From the NCBI RefSeq assembly GCF_006345805.1, contig NC_043008.1:37882001-37946000 (forward strand): DNA of 64,000 nt, read 5' to 3'. This document shows positions 36,345-48,839 of this stretch, piece after piece. The stretch's first letter is position 1. Every line of letters starts with the position of its first letter. The DNA comes from Octopus sinensis. Taxonomy: Eukaryota. The notes beneath the pieces are model-generated. The model saw nothing but the letters and a program-made list of their open reading frames with translations, ran no database searches and was not told the DNA's origin. The translations under genes were made by a program, and so were the position numbers.

Positions 36345-36565
36345 ATCATCATCGTTTAACGTCCGCTTTCCATGCTAGCATGGGTTGGACGATTTGACTG
36401 AGGACTGGTGAACCAGATGGCTGCACCAGGCTCCAATCTTGATCTGGCAGAGTTTCTACAGCTGGATGCCCTTCCTAACGCCAACCACTCTGAGAGTGTA
36501 GTGGGTGCTTTTACATGCCACTGGCTTGAGTGCCAGTCAGGTGGTACTGGCAACGGCCACGAAAA
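36345..36565 (-). mobile_element. RTE-LINE 3' UTR fragment
   Basis: Reverse complement of the shared tail. Confidence 0.85.
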
Positions 36566-37279
36566 AATCATGTTTTTCTTTTTCATTGGCATTATCGTCA
36601 TCATCACCACCACCACCACCACCACCACAACTGCCGTCATCGTCAGCGTCGATATTGTCATCATCATCATCATCATTATTCTTTGCGTAGAATGTATTTT
36701 TAATCTAGCTTTGTATTAATGATTGATCATCAAAATTTAGCAGCAGCTTCTATATAATTTTTTCAATAAATCGGCTTAAATTTCATTTCTACATTTCAAT
36801 TCATCAGAATCTTCTTGGCTGTCTAAAATTAGTCAGCTTCTCCCTTTGTTATATATATATATATTTATAAAATATATTACATATATATATATATATATAT
36901 TTATAAAGTATATATATACATATATATATATGAAAATAGGTTGCTCCACATTTGTATTCATCAATAAATAGAGATATCATTGAGTAGCAAAGCGCTAAGA
37001 GAGGAGGAGAGAGAGAGAGAGAAAGTATGAGGTGGGGGAAGATTGCTGAGAGAAAGTGAGATGGTGAGTACAAATGATAGAAGTGATAAAGACAGAAACG
37101 GAGAAATAAAGTATTGTATATTTATATAAATATTGAAAATCCTTGTATTATGTTTAAAATTGAATTAAATGGAAAATTGAAACAGTTCATCATCAATGAT
37201 ATACTGACTTAATTTCTTGGTTACTGTTGTTGCCATGACAACTGGGAGGTTTTAGATCATTAATATTCTGGTGATATAT

Positions 37280-37804
37280 GTAAATGTATGTTTGTGCGCA
37301 TAGATATATATAATTCTATACCTATCTATCTATCTATTTATCTATCTATATATCTATCTATCTATCTCTATGTATGTATATATATATATGGATATATTTA
37401 TGTATATTATATATGTATATGTGTGTGTTTGTATATATATATATATATATATGCATACACACACACATATATATGTGTATATATATGTATATATATATGC
37501 ATATATATATAAAAAGAGAGAGAGACAGACAGACATGATATTGAACACTTATATACCTATGTTTATATAACGGTAAGATGAGGCTAATATATTTTGAGTG
37601 TGTACTCATTATAGACATTATAAAAACCTATATTAATATATATATATATATAATATATTTAACATTTATATATATATAAGCTCGTATATGTGTATATGAG
37701 TTATAGGTTTATATATTTTCTTTGCAGTGTCTATGTGTGTTTGTATATAAATGATGTTACAGTATTTGAATGTTTTGCGTTCTTGTCCCATTTTGTTTTT
37801 TATA

Positions 37805-37850
<46 letters not shown>

Positions 37851-38010
37851 ATATATATATATACATATACATACACACATATATATATACGTACATATAT
37901 ATATATGTATGTGTATATATATTATATATATATATATTATATATATATACATATATATATATATATACATACATATATATATACATGCATACAGATATAT
38001 ATACACATAG

Positions 38011-38042
<32 letters not shown>

Positions 38043-38100
38043 GCATACAGATATATATATATATAAATTTCTATTTTTATATAACTATATATGTATATGC

Positions 38101-38157
<57 letters not shown>

Positions 38158-38220
38158 TATATATATGTATATATATATATATATATTATATATATATATG
38201 TATATATGTATATATGTATC
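37280..38220. repeat. Large composite (TA)n/(TG)n/(TATC)n microsatellite block
   Basis: About 940 bp dominated by dinucleotide repeats. Confidence 0.92.
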
Positions 38221-38319
38221 ACTGGACTTGTGTATAACTGCATTAACTGTGGCTTAATTGTTTGAAAGCATACACATGTTGTGCAGAAGTATAAATGTTT
38301 TGTAGATGTAAAGACTTAC

Positions 38320-38386
38320 CTTTTGTATGTATAGAGAGGCTCGCCCGAAAGCAAGTAATGTTCAAACAAGTTTTACATTTTAAAAT
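38320..38386 (-). CDS. Candidate 67-nt exon, phase 0->1 (ILKCKTCLNITCFRASLSIHTK)
   Basis: Perfect donor AAG|gtaagt; weak acceptor (ataaatctgtcag); only one frame open. Confidence 0.3.
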
Positions 38387-39447
38387 CTGACAGATTTATG
38401 GTATCACCATCATTGTCATTGTCATCATTTTTGTCATCATCGTCGTCTTTGTCATCGTTGCCATCATTATCATTGCCGCCGTCATCATCAACATATCTAA
38501 TATACATAAATATACACATTTATAACAATTTATTATAAGCCTCTTGTACTATTCTGTCTTTGGATTTCTGCTCCTTGAAAAATGTTCTTGGTTAATTTAT
38601 TCATGAAATATTTGCATGTGTGTGTGTGTGTGTGTGTGTACATAAATATATATATGTGTGTGCAAAGTGCATGTGTGTGTAGGCACTTGTGTGTGTGAGA
38701 GAGAGAGTTTGTGTGTACCTTTTAAGAACTCTTCAGAACTATAGTTGCTACCTATGTTTCATGCTTTACCTGTTGCATACCTATCTCTAACACCAGTAAT
38801 ACATGCTGAAAAAATGCATGTATGTTGATACATATATAAATACAATTTAAATATGTGTGTGTGTGTATGTGTGTATGTGTGTTCTCTTAATTAGTATGTG
38901 CAGCAAATAAATAAGTGGAAGAAAAATACTAGTTTTAATTACCTTTATTTTATTACAATATAAGATACAACTCCTTTGAGCTGTTATTGTACAACGACAA
39001 GTTGTAGTTCTGTTACCCATTTGGTAGGTGGTTAAGTTCATTTTTTATTGACTGCTAGGAGACTGGATGGACGGAAGAGAGAGAAAGAGTAAATGAATCT
39101 ACCTCTCTGGGTTAACAATTAGTAAGGATAAAATATGTGTAGTCCCTTGTATAAGGTGTTTCTTCTGCTGGCACGAAATAGAATGAGGAAGGACTGAACG
39201 TGGGTTCTGTATTTATATTTTCTCCTTACTAAACTAGGTAAGGCTAAACAAAGGATTTTTCCTCTGTAATCTGCCTTGACTTCAGTTTGACTTGAAATGG
39301 TCAATTCAAGAACTGAACTTATTTATGTGTGACAGTTGAATGTCATGAATTTCCTTGTGCAAATGCCAAGAGCAATAGGAAGAAACTCAGAAAAATCTGG
39401 ACTGAGTTTCAAACCTTGACTAAAAATCTAGAAAGCTATTTGCTACA

Positions 39448-39449
<2 letters not shown>

Positions 39450-39528
<79 letters not shown>

Positions 39529-39555
39529 ACACACACACACTCACACACACACACA
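39450..39555. repeat. (CA)n microsatellite
   Basis: Nearly pure CA run of about 105 bp. Confidence 0.97.
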
Positions 39556-40534
39556 GGTACATATGTCTCTATCAAGTAAGGGAGGTAACAAGCACCACCA
39601 GCATCACAGTAACCCTTAGTGGGGCCAACATGACGACTACTGCTAGGTGATACATGGACAACTGCAATAAGACAACACCTCCACTACTACTAGTGAGATT
39701 AAAGACTACTGCTAGTCACTTGGAATCTCAGCTATTGCAGCTACTACAACTGTCTTTTCTCTTACCACCAACAGTCCAATATGTTGCCACACTTACTAAT
39801 TGGCCCTCACAGTGAACTTGCAACAATCAAAAGGAAACAAAATACAGCACCAGATGATCTCAACAAGAAAGCAAGTTAACATACAATGTCATTTCCAGGA
39901 GATGCCATTTCCGCTTTGAGGAATCCCTGTCTATTCTGTGGACTAATGAGAAGACCATTAATAGAATTTTTGAAAGACACTCAAGATGCCTACGTGCATA
40001 TAAATACATATACTAGGCAGTGGGAATGAATTTGAGTAACTATTAACACAATTTACTTTGAGATACAGATGAATTAAGTTCATATAAATACCAAGAAGCT
40101 AGTTTACTCTCTTTGTGATCGTGAGTGCAACAAACCACATGTGTGCATATGCTTACATTTTTGCAGATGCATGTATGAGCATGTGTACTTATGCTATGCA
40201 GCTTGCATCAGGGCATTAGGCCATCCATATTTGTTAATGGTTATTTTTAATACTTTTCTCACTGTATTGCGTATTCATTTCTTTTTCTTAGCTGTAATTT
40301 TATTTTTGATCTATGTAAATGAAGATATTTCCTTTGTTTTCCTGCTTCAATTTTCTATGAAATGAGAGGATACATTGCAGAACTTATTTCAATGAGATGT
40401 TCTCTATTTATCAGTCAGAGAGACATCTGGGTTGATGCTAGAAGTGTTGAAACAATTGTCATGATTAATAATATACTCTCATATATTCCATCTTCCATCT
40501 TTCATTTGCTGAGGCAATGACTAGTGACCAAGAC

Positions 40535-41095
40535 TTTTGGAAATATGCTGTGCTTGAGAAGACCCAGCAAGCCAAATGAGACCATAACTTCGTAGCCTAT
40601 GTCAGGGGTGTAACCAGCCCACTTATGCATACCTTTCCTTCATGGGACACTAAACTCTACTTGCAAAGACCTGTTGAGGCAAGTGAAATTGAAATCAAAT
40701 TTGATGGCTGGCATCCGTGCTAGTGGAGCGAGTGTGATTGTTGCCAGAGTGGCTAACTGGCTTCCATGCAAGTGACACATAAAAAGCACCATTCGAGAGT
40801 GATCGTTACAAACATCGCCTTACTGGCACTTGTACCAGTGACACGTGAAAAACATTCGAGCAAGGTTGTTGCCAGTGCCACTGGACTGGCTCCTATGCAG
40901 GTGGCACGTAAAAGCACCCACTACACTCTTGGAGTGGTTGGCGTTAGGAAGGGCATCCAGCTGTAGAAACTCTGCCAGATCAAGATCGGAGCCTGGTGCA
41001 GCCATCTGATTCGCCAGTCCTCAGTCAAATCATCCAACCATGCTAGCATGGAAAGTGGACGTTAAATGGTGATGATGATGATGATGATGAGGATG
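40535..41095 (+). mobile_element. RTE-LINE 3' end with complete 3' UTR
   Basis: Starts at the ORF2 stop region (gtgcttgagaagacccagcaagccaaatga) and ends in (GAT)n. Confidence 0.88.
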
Positions 41096-41122
41096 AGGAT
41101 ATATATATATATATATGTATAT

Positions 41123-41211
41123 ATCCAAATGATAAGAAGAAGACAAATAAAATTCTTGAATACATTTTAATGATTTGAGAATTTTCTTGGTCTTCTTGTT
41201 ATCATTTGGAT
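41123..41211 (+). other. 89-nt hairpin with 39-bp arms
   Basis: 41123-41161 pairs with 41173-41211: 34 Watson-Crick pairs, 2 G.U pairs and 3 mismatches on the plus strand. Confidence 0.85.
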
Positions 41212-42254
41212 TATTTACTCTTTGCCTAACCCACTTTTCGATGGAAACATTGTGAAACTTGAATTTTCTAAACCTGAGGAATTCTGACTTTCACCAGGAA
41301 TCTGGCAGTGCTGACAGTCCAGTATTTCAGTCAACTGGTTCTCTGGAAGCACCCTAACTTTATACCTTATCTGCCTCTTATGTGTGTGTGTGTGTGTGTG
41401 TGTGTGTATGCATGTTTGTGTGTGTGTGTATAGGTAAGCATGTATGTATGTATGTATTCATATAGCACAATTTAGATGTTAAATACACAAATTGTCTGAC
41501 ATGTGAATGAGCTCCATGTGAATTTCTATTTGTGTATTGTAATAGTATTTTTTGATATTAATTCTAGGTTTGAATGTTTCACAGAGTATATTTATAATAG
41601 GAAACAAACATGAGAATTCATTATTTATAAGATGTTTAATTATACCATCTTCTGTCTGTTTCATTCATGTTGTCAAGACATTTGCTTCCCAATCGCTTGG
41701 TTTCAGGTTCAGTCTTACTGCATGGCACCTTGAGCAAGTGTCTTCTACTATAGCCCCAGGCTGGTCAAAGTCTTCTGATTGAATTTGGTAGATACAAACA
41801 GAAAGAAGCATTTGATGTATACGCACACACACATATATATAGATATAAGTATAGATATACATACATACATGCATACATACACACACACACACACATACAT
41901 ATATATGCATGTATGTTTTTTAAATAGAATTATGAGCTTTCCTCTTATGTTGACAATAATAAATAGTCAATTTATGGTGAAGGCTCATAATTCTTACAAA
42001 ATTTCATTCACACATTTATGTGTGTGTATGTGTGTGTTTGTGTGTGTGTGTGTGTGTGAGAGTTTTGTCTCCTTGTTTTCACATGATATAATATTGTAAA
42101 TGAATGCTATTCATTTCCTGAATATTTTGTGAGAACATACCTGGCCACGGGGGAAATATTAAGCTGAACTGATGATAATGAAGAGGATGAGGAGGGGGAG
42201 GGGGAGGAGGTGGATGATATGTGTCATGTACCTGTCATAATATGAAAGTAATAA

Positions 42255-42505
42255 ATAGGAATGTAAAATCCCTTCCAGAGTCATATAGACGCTTATTGCA
42301 GGTTTCCATGGCATATATATATTTCTCCACCTGGAGAGGACGCTAACCCGTCACAGGGTAACTCCTTCTTGCCAACTAAGAGAACTAGAACAATGTGAAA
42401 TGAAGTGTTTTGCTCAAGAACACAATGTGTCACCCAGAACAGTAACTGAAACCACAATCGTACAATCACAAGTCCAACACCCTAACTACTAAAGTCACGC
42501 ACCAC
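42255..42505 (-). mobile_element. SINE family D, diverged
   Basis: Reverse complement blocks ttcttgagcaaaacacttcatttcacattgttctag and a tRNA-like head. Confidence 0.6.
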
Positions 42506-42632
42506 CACAATAATACGGAAGGGCAAATGTTAATCAAATGATGAAACATAATTACACAGAATCATTTCTTACACTTCTAAGACATCATTCATAGCCAAGC
42601 TTGATGTCCTTTCCCTCTTATTGTCTACCGTT

Positions 42633-43225
42633 TTACTCTTTAACTTGTTTCAGTCATTTTTGACTGTGGCCATGCTGGAGCACCACCTTTAGCCAAGCAA
42701 ATTGACCCCCAGGACTTATTCTTTGTAAGCCTAGTACTTATTCTATTGGTCACTTTTGCTGAACTGCTAAGTTACGGGGACGTAAACACACCAGCATCAG
42801 TTGTCAAGCGATGTTCAGGGGACAAACACAGACACACAAACACATACACACACACACACATACACACGCATATATATATATACTCAGATATAGGGTAAAG
42901 AATTATTAATTTAATAATTAATAAATTTTACCAAGTAGTTTCGGTATGGAAAAAAAACATTTATCGGTAAAAACTTCTACAAAAAGTTTTCTATATAATT
43001 ATAAATATAATTGAGGGTTTAGCAACAAGTTGCTTCACCACATACTTACATATATATATATATATATACATATATACAACGGGCTTCTTTTAGTTTCTGT
43101 CAAGCAAATCCACTCACAAGGCTTTGGTTGGCCCGAGGCTATAGTAGAGGACACTTGCCCAAGGTGCCGTGCGGTGGGACCAAACCCAACCATGTGGTTC
43201 GTAAGCAAGCTACTTACCACACAGC
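42633..43225 (-). mobile_element. SINE family A split by a ~165-bp insertion in its internal microsatellite
   Basis: 3' half at 42633-42850, 5' half at 43070-43225, foreign AT-rich sequence at 42885-43048 between them. Confidence 0.85.
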
Positions 43226-43751
43226 CTTCCCTTCTAAGACATTTAAGACAGTGAAAATATTTCCCTACCTGCGTTTACATTAATGTGTGAAATAGTCGTG
43301 TGCCTTCATTTAAAAGAATTATGTTTTATGCCAATGCATGAAGAGGACATTGTGAGTGGGAAGTGTCAACTGTCACAGTCAAACGATAAATCAATGTAAT
43401 TGTTATAAAAAAAAATCTTAATTATATCTTGAAAATAAAGGGAACAGAAATATTTCTGTATGACTATTTTAGAAAATGTCCAATTTTTTGTTCTTAAGTT
43501 GTATGTTATAAAGTGTAGTCGTACCATTAAAAGAATGAGTTGTGTACATTCATTTGTCTGAGTGTGTGTGTGTGTGTGCGTGTGTGTATACATGCGTGTG
43601 CATGCTTTGCCATCAATCACATTATAGGTAGATATACATGCTCACACATGCTTATATATACATAAATACATACATATACGCACACATACACACACACATA
43701 TATATATATATATATAGATAGATAGATAGATAGATAGATATTTACACAGAC

Positions 43752-43796
<45 letters not shown>

Positions 43797-44472
43797 TACA
43801 ACGGGCTTCTTTTAGTTTCTGTCAAGCAAATCCACTCACAAGGCTTTGGTTGGCCCGAGGCTATAGTAGAGGACACTTGCCCAAGGTGCCGTGCGGTGGG
43901 ACCAAACCCAACCATGTGGTTCGTAAGCAAGCTACTTACCACACAGCCTTCCCTTCTAAGACATTTAAGACAGTGAAAATATTTCCCTACCTGCGTTTAC
44001 ATTAATGTGTGAAATAGTCGTGTGCCTTCATTTAAAAGAAATTATGTTTTATGCCAATGCATGAAGAGGACATTGTGAGTGGGAAGTGTCAACTGTCACA
44101 GTCAAACGATAAATCAATGTAATTGTTATAAAAAAAAATCTTAATTATATCTTGAAAATAAAGGGAACAGAAATATTTCTGTATGACTATTTTAGAAAAT
44201 GTCCAATTTTTTGTTCTTAAGTTGTATGTTATAAAGTGTAGTCGTACCATTAAAAGAATGAGTTGTGTACATTCATTTGTCTGAGTGTGTGTGTGTGTGC
44301 GTGTGTGTATACATGCGTGTGCATGCTTTGCCATCAATCACATTATAGGTAGATATACATGCTCACACATGCTTATATATACATAAATACATACATATAC
44401 GCACACATACACACACACATATATATATATATATATAGATAGATAGATAGATAGATAGATATTTACACAGAC

Positions 44473-44500
<28 letters not shown>
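43060..44500. repeat. Near-perfect tandem duplication, period about 722 bp
   Basis: gggcttcttttagtttctg at 43081 and 43803; copies differ visibly only in microsatellite length. Confidence 0.95.
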
Positions 44501-44560
<60 letters not shown>

Positions 44561-45236
44561 ATGTATACATATTCAGATGCATTCATAAACACACATACAT
44601 ATCTATATATAAAATGCTTCAATATATGTATTATTACTATTATTGAGTGAGAGAGCATTGCATGCCATCAAAATGAAACAAGGGGAAAATATACGAAGCC
44701 CAGTATACATACCTTGCATCTATTTTCTTTCCTGGTGCCTCACTCTCTATTTTGTATCACATCTAAACTAACTATGACTTAACTGTCATCTCACACCATC
44801 TCCAATGAAGGGATATAATTAATAAATATCCTAGAAACTGCTATAAATGCTCTAATATCTACACAGCCTTCCTTTTTTATCTTATTACTCAAAAAATTAT
44901 TATTTATGTGTATATATATATATATGTGTGTGTGTGTATATATATATAAATATATATATATATAGGAATAAAAATTTATATATAAAGAGACGAACACAGA
45001 AAACAGACAGGTCATTCGAAGCCTTTAATCTTCTGTCAGAAACCGGATCATCATAGCAAATTTCAGCTGATTAATTCTAATATTTGCTCCAACACGGCCA
45101 GCCCCAAGGAAAAACTAAGCTGTGAGCATTAGATTTCTTGGTAAAAGGAACGAATGTAAACACAACAGAGACGAATATAAATACAAAAAACGAAAACAAA
45201 ATTAAAAACAAGAATGGTTAACAGCAGGTGTCTTAC

Positions 45237-45292
<56 letters not shown>

Positions 45293-45757
45293 CATGTCTA
45301 TATATTCAAATTTTGGCTAACATTTGAAGTTGATGCCAGTCTCAGAACAGAAAGATTAATAGAAATAGAAATGAAACCACTTATAAAACTATCAATGTGT
45401 ATTTTATCCATTTTATTTGAATGTAAATATTTCTGTAAAGAATAACTTTTCAAACAATGCATAATTCCACTGCAATTATACATCAAATTCATTTTCTCCA
45501 GAAACAATTTTCAATTTAATTTCAGGTCTTTCTTTAATTTTCTGAGTTTTGATTGTTAGAGGCAAAAGTGAAATGAAAGAATCAAAATCAGCTGCTCAAT
45601 GATGAAAATATATCTTCTTATGTTTTCTTTAACAAATTTTACAAATTTGATGCTTATCTTATCAAGCTATCCTTCTGTATTTGTCTATGTCTATATGTTT
45701 GTCCATCTCTGTATATTTGCCTGTCTCTATCTTTCTGTCTCTGTTTAACTATCTACC

Positions 45758-45890
<133 letters not shown>

Positions 45891-46524
45891 CAAAGCCACC
45901 TTGAGCATAATCGTATGAACCCAGAAAAATTTTAAACAGACAGTTACTTGCAAACAAATGTATTAACATGTGACATTATTGACTGAGGTTACCGTGGTCT
46001 TTTCTGTAGACTTTTCTTTCCACGGATAAACACCTTATCTGCTTCCCCCTTTACACTTTGCATCATGACATTTCTGTGAAACACGATCCCTATTGATCGA
46101 TTTTTTCTTTTCCTTTTTTCTTTCCTTTTTTTTCTTTCCTTTTTTTTCTTTTTTTCCCCTTTTTACGAATCCTTTTAAACGAAAACCTACCCCACTTTTT
46201 TTCTCCCCCCCCAAAGCTCTACTTTGTAATCTGTCCCGTCTATGTGCAGCCCTGTGTGGCAAATAAAGAAACATATCTATCTATCTATCTATCTACATAC
46301 CTATGTACGTTTACTCTCTATTAATCTAAACGTCTATCAATCTATCTGTCTACTTGTCTGTATATTTACCAGTCAGCATAAAGTGTGATAAACACACTAA
46401 AATACTTAAGTTCACTAATGGACATATCTATATACTTGTATCTACATATCAGGCATAAGTACATTCTGAGAAATTCCAACCACAGAGGAGACCTATTGAG
46501 TCAAGTACGTCAACATCAAAATAA

Positions 46525-46872
46525 AAATCAAATTGAAATGGTAGTTGTGATATCCATGCTGGTGGCATGTAAAAAACACCATCCAAACGTGGCCGATGCC
46601 AGCGCTGCCTTGACTGGCATCTGTGCCAGTAGCATGTAAAAGGTGCCAACCTATCATGGATGTTGCCAGTCTCCCCTGGCCCCTGTGCCGGTGGCACATA
46701 CAAAGCACCCACTACACTCTCGGAGTAGTTGGCGTTAGGAAGAACATCCAGTTGTAGAAACACTGCCAGATCAGACTGGAGCTTGGTGCAGCCTCTTGGC
46801 TTCCCAGACCCCAGTCGAACCATCCAACCCATGCTAGCATGAAAAACGGACGTCAAACAATGATGATGATGA
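46525..46872 (+). mobile_element. RTE-LINE 3' UTR fragment
   Basis: Shared tail with internal gtggca.gtaaaa.gcacc modules. Confidence 0.85.
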
Positions 46873-47559
46873 TTTCATAGTTTGTTACCTCAACAGCTCT
46901 TTTATAGGATCCAGTGGCTAAGGAAATCCTCAGGATGAACCACATCCAGTTTCAGCCCCTACTCCTCTACCGTTTTTGACGTGGCAAGCCCCCACTCCTT
47001 TCAGATGTGTTTTCAGCTCTGGTGTTGAGTGTGTTTTTTACGTATTTGCTTTGGCCTTTTGTTCTTTGGTTTCTTCGATGCAGCCTCATCGAATGTCAGC
47101 AGGTGAATGACCCTCAGCCAAATTTCACTTTAAATACTTGCTGGTAAGCTCCAGCAGCCAGTGCCAGATAACTGTCATGTGATACAATCTAAGTTTCAAC
47201 TGACCAATGGAGGGGAAGGCCTGCACCCTCTCCAGATTTATCATCCAACAGAGTTGTGTTAGTTTCAGTTTCAGCAGCCAGAACCAACTAGCTGTCGGGT
47301 GGTACAAGCCTTCGAGCTATTGGGGAGAAGGGTGTGCAATGAACGGGATGGTTCCCTTGGTCCACCTGTCAAGCAACAACTTGGTTTAAGTGCCAGCCAC
47401 TTACATTTATCTCTCCTATCTCTCTCTCTTTTCTACTGTGAGTAGCCATTGGGTTTTTTTACTTATGTATGACAAAAGTTGCTGCAGCCGGGTAGTGATC
47501 TCAGTCCTTATTACAGAGCAAACTGATTGCAATTCTAGATAAGCCTCGGTTTGAGAAGA

Positions 47560-47960
47560 CTCGGTTGACAGTCCCTGGAAGTGGACCCTATCCAGGATAA
47601 TAGATTATTTGTTAACTCACAGTACCAAGTGTAGCAAGTTGGGCACAACATACTTGAGTATGGGACACCATTAACGAATGACCTTCGATCTTCAGCAGAT
47701 CCACTGTCATAAACGAAAGCAGTGAGCAGAGGGATGATGGAACAGAGAGGGGAAAGAATCTGTGGGTAACCACAGGCTGCTATTGAAATGAGGACAAGCT
47801 ATTGCTGAAATATTACGATAGGGAGATATCATGAGGAGACCATTCTCATTGAATGACAACATTATGAAGTTTGAAAATGAGTTGTTGAGTATTAAATTTG
47901 ATCTGAATTTAATTTATGGGACCAAAATTGAGAGAAAAATATGCCTCCATCTCCATAAGA
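47560..47960 (+). mobile_element. Possible highly decayed CR1/L2-type LINE RT C-terminus
   Basis: Fragments ILEYGTP and LR*GDIM resemble PILEY..P and RRLRGDLI; many stop codons. Confidence 0.3.
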
Positions 47961-48347
47961 ATGGTCACAACCTGTAATATGGTAATGGTAGATAATGCCA
48001 CCGGGAAAATGGCTTCATGGTAAACAAAGATATCATCAACAGCCAATACCACCAGCTTTCAAGAGCAAGTCCAAGATGATGGTGATAATGTATATGTCAG
48101 TAAGATTAGGTTTATATGTGTGCATCTGTGTGTGTATGCATTTAATGTGTATTGTATACCTATCTATCTATCAATCTATCTATTTATCTATCTATCTATC
48201 TGTCTGTCTGTCTGTCTTTCTATCTACCTAGCTATCTATCTGTCTGCCTGTCTGTCTGTCTATCCCTTTCTGTATATATATATATATATAATATATATAT
48301 ATATAATATATATATATAATATATATATATACTATATATATATATAT

Positions 48348-48382
<35 letters not shown>

Positions 48383-48393
48383 TATATATATAT

Positions 48394-48446
<53 letters not shown>

Positions 48447-48499
48447 GATAGATATATATATATATATATATATATAGATAGATATATATATATATATTG

Positions 48500-48705
48500 A
48501 CTAGCCCTTGTACCGGTGGCATGTAAAAGCACCCACTACACTCTTGGAGTGGTTGATGTTAGGAAAGGCATACAGCTGTAGAAACTCTGCCAGATCTGAT
48601 TGGTGCCTGGTACAGCCATCTGGTTCACCAGTCCTCAGTCAAATTGTCCAGCCCATGCTAGCATGGAAAGCAGACGTTAAATGATGATGATGATGATGAT
48701 GATGA
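48500..48705 (+). mobile_element. RTE-LINE 3' UTR fragment
   Basis: Shared tail ending in (GAT)n. Confidence 0.85.
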
Positions 48706-48839
48706 TATTTATATATTATGTGAGTGTGTGTATACATACATATACATATATACACACACACACACACCAAACACATACACATATATATAAACATACACAC
48801 ACATGTGTATATATATATATATATATATACATACAGACA

